Of a stretch of DNA of 64,000 nucleotides, positions 43,321-54,030 are shown piece by piece. The DNA is from an uncultured bacterium (GTDB lineage Bacteria > Bacteroidota > Bacteroidia > Bacteroidales > Bacteroidaceae), in NCBI GenBank assembly GCA_945869305.1, contig CAMBOH010000002.1:698-64697 (forward strand), written 5' to 3'. Numbering within the stretch: the first letter of the stretch is position 1; each line of letters opens with the position of its first letter. A program made the translations under genes and the position numbers. A model generated the notes under the pieces. That model saw only the letters and a list, made by a program, of their open reading frames with translations. It made no database searches and was not told the origin of the DNA.

Positions 43321-45918
43321 TTAGAACGTGAGGCGGAACATGCCGCGTATGCCCCACTTCTGCGTGCCGGGGTACTTGTAGTTGATGCGGCGCACGTATT
43401 CGATGTGGAATATCTTGAAGATGTTGTGTATGCCTGCCATGACTTCGACATAGGGTTTGTCCTTGTCCATCACGTGGGAGAGCGACTTGAAGCTGCCGTC
43501 GGCCTGGAACTCTCCGGGGAAGTAGAGCAGGCGCGGGTCGTTCTGGTTCTGGTCGAGATAGGGATTGTTCTTGGAGGTGAGCGTACCCCAGAGCACGTTC
43601 ACGCCGATGTATTCGCGCCACTTCAGCTTGCGGATGAGGGGGATGCGGTTCAGGATCTTGCCGTTCAGGTCCCACGAGAGCATGAGGGAGGCGTAGCGGT
43701 CGTTGAGGAACTCCATGTTGTCGATGAGGTTGAACGTGTAGTCCTCCATGATGTACGAAAGGTTCGCGGCGGGCATGATGAGCAGCGGGAAGGGCACCTT
43801 GTTCCACTGCACGCCACCCTTGATGTAGGCGTCAATCTTTCCCCACGATGCCAGCCAGAAGCGCTTGTACACACCGGCCTCGGTGAAGTTGAAGGCGTAG
43901 TCGGCGTGGCCGAAGTTGTAGATGCCCGCCGTGTGGTTCAGGCTGAAGATGGGCGCGTCGTTGTTGGCGGCTATGCGTCGCTGCTTGGTGTTGATCCAAG
44001 TCACGCCGGGCTGGTAGCGCAGGCCCACGGTGAACTCGTAGGTGCGTATGTAGGGATTGTAGAGCGAGCGGTCCTGGGAGAGTCCGCCCGTTGAGAGGGG
44101 CTGATAGAAGAGGGCTTCGGTGGGGGTGTCCTTGGTAGTGCGTGCCTGGAGGTTGAAGCGCAGGCCGTTTTCCCACTCGCGGTCCCAGAGCAGCTTGTAG
44201 GTTTCGAAGTACATCATGTGGTTCACCTTGGTCCACTTGAACGAGGTGAACACGTTGTCCTTGTCGGTCGGCATGAACTTGTCGGAGGGCGACATCACGT
44301 CGTTGGTGTAGTTGAAGGTGAGGTTGTTCACGGGGAACTCGCGGGGCAGGTATGCCTTCTCGTTGAAGGAGTAGGTCACCTCGCCCATCCCCTTCACCTT
44401 CCGGTCGCGGAATCCGTAGGCGGCATAGCCCTTGAGGAAGAGGTGCTTGTTGAAGTTGGCGGTGGTCTGTGCCGAGAGTCGCATGCGGAACCCGTCGACC
44501 TGGTTCTGCGTGAGGGTGGTGTTGACAGGACCGAAGTCGAGCTTGGAAGGCTTGTGGGGGTCGAGGCTGGTCTCGACGAAGTTCTCGATGAAGGCTTTGG
44601 CCACCCACAGTACAGGCTTGAAGCCCTTGACCTGTTCGAGCTGGCGCACGAGCTGGTCGAGGCTTCCCTCGCTCTTGGTCAGCGTGTCGGCGCGGTGTTG
44701 CTGCCAGAAGGCTTCGTTCTGCATTTGCGCATTGGCCGAAGTGAGGGTTTCGCCCTTGAACTTGAAGGTGCGCGGCGGGATGGGTTCGAAGGCGAAGTTG
44801 GAGTATTCCGTGGTGCGCTTCACCTGGAACTTCTGGAGGAAGCTGGAGATTTTCAGCTGCACGAGCATGTCGTCCTTGACGAGCACCTGTTCGCCTGAGG
44901 GCAACTGGTCGAAGCTCTGTATGATGCGCATGTTCTCGACGAAGTTCACGTCGGAGCGCACGGGGATGCCCATGTCGGCCTTCTTCACGCGGTAGGTGGA
45001 GTCGGCGAGGATGAACAGGCTGCCCGAGAAGCCGAAGTCCTGCGGGTTGTTGGGCGTGAAGTCCACCCGGATGCACTTGTCGCGGTTGTCGACCATGAGG
45101 GTGTCGACTATGAAATAGCGGTAGAAGCTGATGGCCGTGCCCGAGGAGATGGGACTGGTGAAGGGGTACTGCAGCAGGCGCACCTCGTCCTTGTAGATGT
45201 CGACATCGGTAAAGCAGTCCTTGAGCATGGTGTTGATGATGTCGCCCGTGTTGAGCAGCTCGTTGATGCCGTTGGTGCGCTGCCCGAGTATGATGCTCTT
45301 TTCGCTTCGGGGCTCGCGGCGGTAGATGAGCTGCGTCACGGTCTCATCGACCGAAATGGGGAGGATGAGCTTGCCCGTTTCGTTGCACACCTCCACGTGG
45401 TCCTTCAGGAAGGGGAACCGCTTGAAGTTTCCGTCTTCGAAGACCTTGTCGGTCACTTCGTTTACGGCGAAGGTGATTTTCGAATATTTGTTGATGCTGA
45501 AGTAGTCGTGGCTGTGCAGGTCGCTCTGCTGCTTGGCGGCGATGACCTTCTTCATCAGCTCAACGGCGGGATTGTTCTTGCGCGAATACTTTTTCTTCTT
45601 CCCCGCCGTGACCACAGCTGAGCCTAAGGAGGTTTCGAGCGGTTCGATCTTGTAGACGAGCGAGTCGCCGGCCGTCTTCACGCTGACGGTCTTGGTCTCG
45701 TAGCCGATGACCGACAGGCGCAGCCGGCCTACGCGGAAGGGGAGCTTGAACTTGCCGTTCAAGTCGGTTTGCGTACCTCCGCCATTGGTATACACCACGT
45801 TGACAAAGGGTATGGTTTCGCCCGTCTTGGCGTCGACGACAGTGCCCGAGAGTGTTTTCTGTGCCCAGACGGCACAACAGCAGCAGAGCAGTGTGAGCAG
45901 GGAGAGGATGCGTTTCAC
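43321..45918 (-). CDS. Carboxypeptidase-regulatory-like plus DUF5686 outer-membrane beta-barrel protein
   Basis: GTG start VKRILSLL (signal peptide), GTVVDAKTGETIPFVNV, YSRKNNPAVELM, PYVE..GIHNIFK and a terminal Phe. Confidence 0.85.
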   Translation of the reverse strand: MKRILSLLTLLCCCCAVWAQKTLSGTVVDAKTGETIPFVNVVYTNGGGTQTDLNGKFKLPFRVGRLRLSVIGYETKTVSVKTAGDSLVYKIEPLETSLGSAVVTAGKKKKYSRKNNPAVELMKKVIAAKQQSDLHSHDYFSINKYSKITFAVNEVTDKVFEDGNFKRFPFLKDHVEVCNETGKLILPISVDETVTQLIYRREPRSEKSIILGQRTNGINELLNTGDIINTMLKDCFTDVDIYKDEVRLLQYPFTSPISSGTAISFYRYFIVDTLMVDNRDKCIRVDFTPNNPQDFGFSGSLFILADSTYRVKKADMGIPVRSDVNFVENMRIIQSFDQLPSGEQVLVKDDMLVQLKISSFLQKFQVKRTTEYSNFAFEPIPPRTFKFKGETLTSANAQMQNEAFWQQHRADTLTKSEGSLDQLVRQLEQVKGFKPVLWVAKAFIENFVETSLDPHKPSKLDFGPVNTTLTQNQVDGFRMRLSAQTTANFNKHLFLKGYAAYGFRDRKVKGMGEVTYSFNEKAYLPREFPVNNLTFNYTNDVMSPSDKFMPTDKDNVFTSFKWTKVNHMMYFETYKLLWDREWENGLRFNLQARTTKDTPTEALFYQPLSTGGLSQDRSLYNPYIRTYEFTVGLRYQPGVTWINTKQRRIAANNDAPIFSLNHTAGIYNFGHADYAFNFTEAGVYKRFWLASWGKIDAYIKGGVQWNKVPFPLLIMPAANLSYIMEDYTFNLIDNMEFLNDRYASLMLSWDLNGKILNRIPLIRKLKWREYIGVNVLWGTLTSKNNPYLDQNQNDPRLLYFPGEFQADGSFKSLSHVMDKDKPYVEVMAGIHNIFKIFHIEYVRRINYKYPGTQKWGIRGMFRLTF

Positions 45919-46122
45919 CGGAAGTAAGTATTTGTGGGGTTGTTGGGTATGGGTGAGGGGGAGCCTTTCATGCTGAGAGGTCCGCCCTTGGAGGTGTAGG
46001 GAGAGAAAAAGCCTCACGGCATACTCCTATAATATATATAGGAGGTGGTGTCGTGAAGCTTTTTCATGGCATGGGGTGAAAGGCGGGCGCAGCCTTCGGT
46101 ATTGTCTGCGCCTCGCGCGGAA

Positions 46123-47415
46123 TCAGTCGATTTCTTCGTCTGCCTCGTAGCCACCCATTTCACGGATAGCGTTCTTCAGCATGACATACTGCTGGAAGAG
46201 GTGGTTGACGGGCACTTCGCCTTGGGTGTAGTCGTGCATCGGGCTCTTCAGGAAGAAGCTCAGGAAGCGCTGCGTGCCGTAGCGGCCCTTGCGGGCAGCG
46301 AGGTCAGAGAGGAGCACGAGGTCGAGGAGGAGCGGGGCGGCGAGGATAGAGTCGCGGCAGAGGAAGTTGATCTTGATCTGCATGGGGTAGCCCATCCAGC
46401 CGAAGATGTCGATGTTGTCCCAGCCTTCCTTGTTGTCGTTGCGGGGCGGGTAGTAGTTGATGCGCACCTTGTGGTAGTAGTCGGTGTAGAGGTCGGGCTG
46501 CTCTTCGGGCACGAGGATGCTTTCGAGCGTAGAGAGCTTCGACACCTCCTTGGTGTGGAAGTTGGCGGGCTCATCGAGCACCAGGCCGTCGCGGTTGCCG
46601 AGAATGTTGGTCGAGAACCATCCGCTCAGACCCAGGCAGCGCGTGCCGATGATGGGAGCGAAACCCGACTTGACGAGTGTCTGGCCCGTCTTGAAGTCCT
46701 TGCCGGCGATGGGCATCTTGGTCTTTTCGGCCATTTCCCACATGGCGGGAATGTCGACCGTGGTGTTGGGGGCACCCATGATGAAGGGAGCTCCTTCGGC
46801 CAGGGCGGCATAGGCATAACACATGGAGGGAGCCACGTGTTCGCGGTCGTCGGCCTTCATGGCAGCTTCGAGTGCGGCGAGACTGCCGTGAACCTGCTCG
46901 TCGACGGGCACGTAGATTTCGGTCGAGGCGGCCCAGATCACCACGATGCGGTCGCAGCCGTTGGCAGCCTTGAAGTTGCGGATGTCCTCACGCAGGGCTT
47001 CGACCATGTCCCAGCGGGTGGCGCAGTCCTTCACGTTGTCACCGTCCAGACGCTTGGCGTAATTCTTGTCGAAGGCTGCCTTCATGGGCACGATGGCCTT
47101 GAGCTCATCGCGAACCGGCTCAATGTCCTTTTCCTTCAGCACTTCGGCGTTCAGCGCGCTCTCGTAGGCATTGGCGGGATATACGTCCCATGCGCCAAAC
47201 ACCATGTCGTCGAGCGAGGTGAGCGGAACGATTTCGCCATAGTGCAGATATTTCTTGTCCTTTCCCCGTCCCACACGAATCTTGTCGTATTGGGTCATCG
47301 AACCAACCGGCTTGGCCAGTCCCTTGCGCGCCATCAGCACACCGGTCATGAAGGTTGTTGTAACCGCGCCGAGACCGACGCACATCACGCCTAATTTTCC
47401 TGTTGCAGGTTCCAT
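46123..47415 (-). CDS. ino1: myo-Inositol-1-phosphate synthase
   Basis: GLGAV, WAASTE, GKDFKTGQT, NILGNRDG and RDSILAAPL. Confidence 0.94.
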   Translation of the reverse strand: MEPATGKLGVMCVGLGAVTTTFMTGVLMARKGLAKPVGSMTQYDKIRVGRGKDKKYLHYGEIVPLTSLDDMVFGAWDVYPANAYESALNAEVLKEKDIEPVRDELKAIVPMKAAFDKNYAKRLDGDNVKDCATRWDMVEALREDIRNFKAANGCDRIVVIWAASTEIYVPVDEQVHGSLAALEAAMKADDREHVAPSMCYAYAALAEGAPFIMGAPNTTVDIPAMWEMAEKTKMPIAGKDFKTGQTLVKSGFAPIIGTRCLGLSGWFSTNILGNRDGLVLDEPANFHTKEVSKLSTLESILVPEEQPDLYTDYYHKVRINYYPPRNDNKEGWDNIDIFGWMGYPMQIKINFLCRDSILAAPLLLDLVLLSDLAARKGRYGTQRFLSFFLKSPMHDYTQGEVPVNHLFQQYVMLKNAIREMGGYEADEEID

Positions 47416-47677
47416 AGATATTTAAAAAACTTAGAAATTTATTTGTTAGGGGAAAGCACGCCTTGTTTCATGGACCGCGACTGCTGTCTGAACCCATGCT
47501 TCCTCGTACTTTCACCTTTAAAACCGCAAAAATCTAAAAAGTTTCCCATAATGCCAAAGTTTTGGCCGAATTTTTCAGGGAAAAGGTTTGATTTGTCCAA
47601 TGTTGGGCGGAATAAGACCATTTGCCGATAACATTTTGTACAAAATGCTCTTCGCTGCGCCGGCTGCGCGGTCTGTC

Positions 47678-48100
47678 TCAGCACCGTTCGGACAGCATGG
47701 CCAGCGCACGGTTTTCGGCCTCTTCCATCACTTCGCGTTCGCCCGGGCCCTTGTCGTTGATGCCACAGAGGTGCAGGATGCCGTGAATCACCACGCGGTG
47801 GAGCTCTTCGTCGTAGGGTTTGGCAAACAGTTCGGCGTTGGAGCGCACGGTGTCGAGGCTGATGAAGAGGTCGCCTCCGATCACGTCGCCGCGGGTATAG
47901 TCGAAGGTGATGATGTCGGTGTAGTAGTCGTGTTGCAGGTACTGGCGGTTCACCTCCAGTATCTTTTCGTCACTGCAGAACACGTAGGCAACCTCGCCTA
48001 CCCGCTTGCCATAGGCAGCAGCCACGGCGCGCACCCAGGCGGTTGTGGCGCGGTGGGGCAGGTCGGGCATCTTCACGTCTATCGTATTGTAGGTAATCAT
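47678..48100 (-). CDS. ybeY: rRNA maturation endoribonuclease YbeY
   Basis: HDYYTDIITFDY and HGILHLCG.ND. Confidence 0.95.
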   Translation of the reverse strand: MITYNTIDVKMPDLPHRATTAWVRAVAAAYGKRVGEVAYVFCSDEKILEVNRQYLQHDYYTDIITFDYTRGDVIGGDLFISLDTVRSNAELFAKPYDEELHRVVIHGILHLCGINDKGPGEREVMEEAENRALAMLSERC

Positions 48101-48159
48101 GTGTGATGGGGGGAGTAGATGGGGAGGGGCTGGGTATGCACACGGCGGCGCGGCGCAGC

Positions 48160-49203
48160 TCAGTCAAAGAGCGAGGGCGTGCCATAAGGGCTGCCGAAGC
48201 GGCTGCGACCCAGATGGGTATAGGCCCGGTCGGTCACTTCGCGGCCACGGGGGGTGCGATGGATAAAGCCTTCTTTGATGAGGAACGGCTCATACACTTC
48301 CTCGACCGTGCCCGGGTCTTCGCCTATGGCGGTGGCCAGCGTGCCGACTCCCACAGGGCCTCCCTTGAACTTGTCGATGATGGTGAGCAGAATCTTGTTG
48401 TCTATCTCGTCGAGTCCGTGCTTGTCGATGTTCAGGGCCTCCAGGGCGTAGCGGGCAATGCCCAGGTCTATACGTCCCGAACCCTTGACCTGTGCGAAGT
48501 CACGCACGCGGCGCAGCAGGGCATTGGCTATACGGGGCGTGCCGCGCGAGCGCCCCGCTATCTCGGCGGCGGCTTCGTCGGCTATGGGCACCCGCATGAT
48601 GCCGGCCGACCGCGTCACGATGCGCTGCAGCGTCTCGGCATCGTAATACTCCAGGTGGAGGTTGATGCCGAAGCGGGCGCGGAGCGGAGCGGTGAGCAGG
48701 CCGCTCCGGGTGGTGGCTCCCACCAGGGTGAAGGGGCTGAGGTCTATCTGGATGCTGCGGGCCGCAGGTCCCTTGTCGATCATGATGTCAATGCGGTAGT
48801 CCTCCATGGCCGAATAGAGGTATTCCTCTACCACGGGCGAGAGACGGTGAATCTCATCGATAAACAGCACGTCGTTCGGCTCCAGGCTGGTGAGCAGTCC
48901 GGCCAGGTCGCCGGGCTTGTCGAGCACAGGCCCTGAGGTGAGCTTGAATCCCACGCCAAGCTCGTTGGCTATGATGTTTGACAGGGTGGTCTTGCCGAGT
49001 CCCGGCGGTCCGTGCAGCAGGGTGTGGTCGAGGGGTTCGCCACGATACTTGGCAGCCTCGACGAAGATGCGCAGGTTGTCCACCACCTTCTGCTGTCCGC
49101 TGAAGTCGTCGAACTGCAACGGGCGCAAGGCGTTTTCGAAGTCGCGCTCTGTCGAAGCGGGCGTATGCTGCTCTGCACGTATGTCAAAAGTGTCTTGGTT
49201 CAT
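48160..49203 (-). CDS. ruvB: Holliday junction helicase RuvB
   Basis: [27 protein letters not shown] and RGTPR; start MNQDTFDIR. Confidence 0.97.
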   Translation of the reverse strand: MNQDTFDIRAEQHTPASTERDFENALRPLQFDDFSGQQKVVDNLRIFVEAAKYRGEPLDHTLLHGPPGLGKTTLSNIIANELGVGFKLTSGPVLDKPGDLAGLLTSLEPNDVLFIDEIHRLSPVVEEYLYSAMEDYRIDIMIDKGPAARSIQIDLSPFTLVGATTRSGLLTAPLRARFGINLHLEYYDAETLQRIVTRSAGIMRVPIADEAAAEIAGRSRGTPRIANALLRRVRDFAQVKGSGRIDLGIARYALEALNIDKHGLDEIDNKILLTIIDKFKGGPVGVGTLATAIGEDPGTVEEVYEPFLIKEGFIHRTPRGREVTDRAYTHLGRSRFGSPYGTPSLFD

Positions 49204-49403
49204 TCTGGGGGACAAATGTATACAAAATCTGCGAGCTTGGCCACTGGCATGGCCAATAATCTTCACTTGGGCGGTTCGGAGCGGACCGGGAGGGTGAGGC
49301 GCAAGCCCTTCCTCGCTGCTCTGTCCCACTGGTGAGAGTGGCGGCCGAAAGGCGGAGGACGGCGGCCAACGGCTGTTGCCCGAGTTGAGATGACGGAAAG
49401 CGA

Positions 49404-49480
49404 AGTGCCGGTTCGGAAATCCTAAGTGCCGAGTTGTTCGGCCTGAGTGCCGCTCAGGAAAACCTGAGTGCCGAGTTGTT
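49404..49480. repeat. Four 21-bp-period AGTGCCG(AGTTGT) units
   Basis: AGTGCCG at 49404, 49425, 49446 and 49467; reverse complement of the units at 27477 and 27498. Confidence 0.75.
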
Positions 49481-49701
49481 TTTCCGGCTGTCGAGCGCAC
49501 ATTTTCCCCGCTTTCAAGGGACTTTTTCTCGTGCCGAAGGGGCATCCTTCCCGTTCCGAAGGGCTATTTTCCCCGCATTCAACGGACATTTCTCTCGTGT
49601 TCGAGAGAGATACAGGATATACGAAGAAGGGGCAAAAGCGTCGTCTCGGAACGCCATTGCCCCTTCTTGGCAGGCTTCGGCCTTCGCCCTGCCCCGTCCG
49701 T

Positions 49702-50313
49702 TCAGTCAAAGACCTTGAAGGCGTAGCCCTGCGACAGCAGCCACTCAATGGCTCTCGGCAGGGCGTAGAGCAGCTTGTCGTGGCTCTTGACCGAATCATG
49801 GAAGGTGATGATGCTGCCCGGACGAGCGTAACGGCGCACGTTGAGCAGCACGTCGCGTCCGTTGAGGCGGGTGGAATAGTCGCGCGTCACAAGGTCCCAC
49901 ATCACCACGCGGTAACGCTGCTTGACCATGATATACTGTTCCCACTTCATCCACCCGTGGGGCGGACGGAACAGGTCGGTATGGAGATAGGCGTTGGCCT
50001 TGTCGACATTGCGCACATACGAGCGTATGCCGTGGCGCAGTCCTCCGATATGGTTATAGGTGTGGTTGCCAAGCCGGTGACCGGCCTGTCTGACCATCTC
50101 GAACTCGGCGGGATGCTTGCGTATGTTGTCGCCCACCATGAAGAAGGTGGCCTTGATGCCGTAGTGGTCGAGTGTCTGCAACACCCAAGGGGTTACCTCG
50201 GGTATGGGGCCGTCGTCGAAGGTGAGGTAGACGGCCCGCTCTTGCGGATTCATGCGCCACAGGGCATGTGGGTAGAGCCAACGCAGGAATTTGGCAGGTT
50301 GTTCGATTATCAC
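49702..50313 (-). CDS. Polysaccharide deacetylase (CE4/NodB)
   Basis: TFDDGP, NHTYNH, FRPPHG and ITFHD. Confidence 0.93.
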   Translation of the reverse strand: MIIEQPAKFLRWLYPHALWRMNPQERAVYLTFDDGPIPEVTPWVLQTLDHYGIKATFFMVGDNIRKHPAEFEMVRQAGHRLGNHTYNHIGGLRHGIRSYVRNVDKANAYLHTDLFRPPHGWMKWEQYIMVKQRYRVVMWDLVTRDYSTRLNGRDVLLNVRRYARPGSIITFHDSVKSHDKLLYALPRAIEWLLSQGYAFKVFD

Positions 50314-50525
50314 GGAGAGAATGGGTGTGCCATGCCGACGGGACTCCCGCTGGCCGGCAAGGATGAAGGATGGGCTGAAACCGTGCTGCGCGCAACACAG
50401 GGCTTGGGTTGGGGCTTTCGGCTGGTGAGGCAGCTGTGGTGGCTCTACTCAGAGAGCCTTGACGCTGTGTCCGGCACGGAAAGGGGCACAAAATCCTGAA
50501 GTCCTGCGCTGCGCGCAGTGGGTGG

Positions 50526-53500
50526 TTACTGCATTTGCTGCTGGTAGATGTCGAAGCCGAATGCAAAAGCCTCGGTGCCGCTCATCTGCTGCACGCGCTT
50601 GGCGTAGGCATCGGCCTGCGGGTCACCGCTTCCGTTCAGGGCCTGTGTGGCCTCAACGACACTCGTCACCAGATAGTAGAGCGTGCGGCCATAGGTGTGT
50701 ATGTTGCCGGTGCCCAGCGAATTGAGGTAGGCGAGATACTGCAGGTCGTAGTCGATGACCTTCTTGGCCACCTGGGCTGCCATCTTGCTGTCGCCGGCCT
50801 CGAGCCAGAGTGTAGCCAGCTGCGAGTCGTCGTCGGTGAAGGGTATGGTCGCGTCGGGCAGTTCCTTGTGGCACTTCTGCAGCACCTTGAGAGCCTGCTC
50901 CTTATCGCCCCTGTGCAGCAGGTTGTTGGCCAGCATGACAAACATGCGGCGGTGTGTCTGGCACATGCGGCCTACCGTCTCGTCGAGATAGATGCCGGGC
51001 TTGTTGACGTTGCCGAACCTGAAGCGGGTCATCATGTTCTGGTACATGAGGCGGCTGTCGATCATGCCCATCGAGCCGAAGTTGAAGGGTGTGATGCGAT
51101 AGGCCAGACCTTCGAGCACCAGGTAGTTCTCCAGCCCTGCATAGTTGCCTGCGCCGAGGGTTACACTCATATACATGGGCCGCTTCCAGTCGGCATGGGC
51201 CAGCATCTCGTAGATCATGAGGTCAGGACGGTAAAGGCCGCCCTGTTCGTCGTGGGCCTTCTTCAGCGAAATGACCATCTTGTCGGGAATGCTGTCAGGG
51301 CCGTAAGGCAGCAGCATACCGCTCTCGCGCACGGCCTGCTTGTCGACATTGATTACCACCGAGTCGGTCGGCAGGTAGCCGCCGCGTTCCTTCTTGGCGT
51401 AATGGTCGATAAGGTAGGACATTTCGTAGGGGTCCACTTCGGGGTTCTGCTTCTTCAGCTCGTCGAGTTCGGCCTTTCCTTCGGGTTTGATGGGGTAGTA
51501 GGTGTGTTTGCCGTTGTCGACATAGAAGTAGCGTTCCCAGGTGATGGGCAGCGCGGGCGAGTCGTAGGCGGGGCGGCGCATCTGGTCGGTGTACCAGTCT
51601 GTCTGCAAGTAAGACAGGTTGCACACGCGGGCATCGGTGCGGTTGCCCTCTACCTCCTGGTTGTACCAGAGCGGGAAGGTGTCGTTGTCGCCGTTGGTGA
51701 AGATGATGGGGTTGCCCTTCTCAGGCAGCGTGTTCAGATAGTTGAGTCCGAAGTCCCGGCAGGCATAGCGGTCGGAGCGGTCGTGGTCGTCCCACGTCTG
51801 GCTGACCATCTGGAGCGGCACGAGGATGCCCAGCAGGGATGCCAGCCCTACAGCGACAGCCGGCTTCTTCTTCAGCAATTTGCCCAGTCCTTCGGCCAAG
51901 GCTGCCACGCCGAGACCGATCCAGATGGCAAAGGCGTAGAAGGAACCTGCATAGGCATAGTCACGTTCGCGCGGCTGGCCGGGCGTCTGGTTGAGGTAGA
52001 GCACGATGGCCAGTCCGGTCATGAAGAAGAGGAAGAAGACCACCCAGAACTGGCGCACGCCCTTTTCGCCGTGGTATGCCTGCCAGAAGAGGCCGAGCAG
52101 GCCGAGCAGCAGCGGCAGGCAATAGAACACGTTGTGGCCTTTGTTCTCACGCAGCGACTGGGGCAGGAGGCTCTGGTCGCCGTACATGGCATTGTCTATA
52201 AAGGAGAAGCCCGTAATCCAGTTGCCGTGTTCCAGTTCGCCCTGGCTCTGCAGGTCGTTCTGCCGTCCGGCAAAGTTCCACATGAAGTAGCGCCAATACA
52301 TGAAGTTGACCTGGTAGGAGAAGAAGAAGCGGAGGTTGTCCCACTGCGAAGGCATTTCGCCTTCCATCTCGTAGCCGTCGGGGGTGCTGAAGGTCACGTT
52401 CTTCATGTCGATGTGGCCCAGCCACTGCTCATACTGCGAGGCGTGCGATGCGCTCCAGATGCGGGGGAAGAGCATGGTGAGTCCGCCGGGGTACTTCACG
52501 CCGGTGGTCTCCTCGATTTCCTCATAGCGGTCGGGTTCGTCGGGCTGTGCCTTCTCCATGCGCTGTGTGCGCATACGCCGCTTGTATTCGAGAGCGCCGG
52601 CTGCATAGGCCTGTCCCTGCGAGCAATAGGCTTCGCCCTTGAAGAGGGGATAGGAGCCATACTGTTCGCGGCTCATGTAGGAGCCCAGGGTGAAGATGTC
52701 CTCGGGAGAGTTCTGGTCCATCGGCGTGTTCTGCGTGGAGCGTATCACGATGACGGCGTAGGAGGAGTAGCCGATCATCAGCATCAGCATGCAGAGCAGC
52801 GAGGTGTTCAGGAAACGCTTGCGGAGCAGATAGTTGCCGCTGCTGTCCTTGAGCTGCAGCACGAAGGCGAGCACGCCCAGCACGACCAGACCCAGCACGA
52901 TCGAGAGCGCACCGTGGCCCATAAAGGGGATGCCGAGCAGGGCCACGCTCAGGCCGTAGAGCACAGTCGTGCGCCTGCGGTCGTGGGTCGTGGTGCTCCA
53001 GATGGCGGCCAGCACCACGGCGATGAGGATGAGCAGGTAGACCACCACACCCGTATTGAAGGGCATGCCGAGGTCGTTCACGAAGAACCACTCGAACCAG
53101 CCGCCCACCTTCACGATGCCGGGCACCACGCCGTAGAGCACGGCTGCCACCAGCAGCATGGAGATGGCCAGGGCCACGAGCGACCCCTTGAGGTTGGCGT
53201 CGGGCTTGCGCTTGTAGTAGTAGACCAAGGCGATGGCAGGCAGACAGAGGAGGTTCAGGAGGTGCACGCCGATGGAGAGGCCCGTGAGGTAGAAGATGAG
53301 CACCAGCCAGCGGTCAGAGTGCGGCTCGTCGGCATGTTCCTCCCACTTCAGGATGAGCCAGAAGACCAAGGCCGTGAACATGGAGGAATAGGCATACACC
53401 TCACCCTCGACTGCCGAGAACCAGAAGGTGTCACTCCAGGTATAGGCCAATGCGCCCGTCAGGCCACAGGCCATGATGAGCACGGTCTGCTGCCACGACT

Positions 53501-53834
53501 TCACCTCCCCGTTGTCGGTAAGCAGCATGCGGGCAAGGTGGGTGATGGTCCAGAAAAGGAAGAGGATGCAGAGGGCCGAGAGCAAGGCCGACATGATGTT
53601 CACGCAGAAGGCCACCTTCGAGGGGTCGTCGGTGAACTGGGTGAAAAAGTTGCCCGTGAGCATAAAGAAGGGTGCGCCGGGGGGATGGCCCACCTCCAGC
53701 TTGTAGGCCGTGGTGATGAACTCCGGACAATCCCAGAAGCTTGCCGTCGGCTCTACCGTCATGCAGTAGGTGAAGGCGGCAATGGCAAAGGTAATCCAAC
53801 CCAAAAGGTTATTTACCAGCTTGAACTGTTTCAT
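50526..53834 (-). CDS. DUF2723 / TMEM260-like GT-C membrane glycosyltransferase
   Basis: ASFWDCPEF, HPPGAP, SAVEGEVY, RERDY and GDNDTFPLWY; start MKQFKLVNN. Confidence 0.88.
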   Translation of the reverse strand: MKQFKLVNNLLGWITFAIAAFTYCMTVEPTASFWDCPEFITTAYKLEVGHPPGAPFFMLTGNFFTQFTDDPSKVAFCVNIMSALLSALCILFLFWTITHLARMLLTDNGEVKSWQQTVLIMACGLTGALAYTWSDTFWFSAVEGEVYAYSSMFTALVFWLILKWEEHADEPHSDRWLVLIFYLTGLSIGVHLLNLLCLPAIALVYYYKRKPDANLKGSLVALAISMLLVAAVLYGVVPGIVKVGGWFEWFFVNDLGMPFNTGVVVYLLILIAVVLAAIWSTTTHDRRRTTVLYGLSVALLGIPFMGHGALSIVLGLVVLGVLAFVLQLKDSSGNYLLRKRFLNTSLLCMLMLMIGYSSYAVIVIRSTQNTPMDQNSPEDIFTLGSYMSREQYGSYPLFKGEAYCSQGQAYAAGALEYKRRMRTQRMEKAQPDEPDRYEEIEETTGVKYPGGLTMLFPRIWSASHASQYEQWLGHIDMKNVTFSTPDGYEMEGEMPSQWDNLRFFFSYQVNFMYWRYFMWNFAGRQNDLQSQGELEHGNWITGFSFIDNAMYGDQSLLPQSLRENKGHNVFYCLPLLLGLLGLFWQAYHGEKGVRQFWVVFFLFFMTGLAIVLYLNQTPGQPRERDYAYAGSFYAFAIWIGLGVAALAEGLGKLLKKKPAVAVGLASLLGILVPLQMVSQTWDDHDRSDRYACRDFGLNYLNTLPEKGNPIIFTNGDNDTFPLWYNQEVEGNRTDARVCNLSYLQTDWYTDQMRRPAYDSPALPITWERYFYVDNGKHTYYPIKPEGKAELDELKKQNPEVDPYEMSYLIDHYAKKERGGYLPTDSVVINVDKQAVRESGMLLPYGPDSIPDKMVISLKKAHDEQGGLYRPDLMIYEMLAHADWKRPMYMSVTLGAGNYAGLENYLVLEGLAYRITPFNFGSMGMIDSRLMYQNMMTRFRFGNVNKPGIYLDETVGRMCQTHRRMFVMLANNLLHRGDKEQALKVLQKCHKELPDATIPFTDDDSQLATLWLEAGDSKMAAQVAKKVIDYDLQYLAYLNSLGTGNIHTYGRTLYYLVTSVVEATQALNGSGDPQADAYAKRVQQMSGTEAFAFGFDIYQQQMQ

Positions 53835-54030
53835 GTGAGATGTACACGCTTGTTTGTGGTTATGTATGTTACGTTTGTTTCGTCCTTGCGATACGGGCCT
53901 GCAAAGGCGGGGCAAAGTTAAGGCTTTCTTTCTTATTTTCCCATGGCTCTCAGCCAATAAAAAACAGAGCCACCCCTCGGCGTACCGGGACCTGGCTCTG
54001 AAACGGTTGGAGGCGGAGCTGCTGCCAGCC

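Noticed and set aside
50535-53921. 1128-aa plus-strand ORF and similar long antisense ORFs (20146..22191, 35111..37474, 56421..58019)
   Set aside because: Shadow frames of real minus-strand genes caused by GC-rich codon bias; no recognisable motifs.
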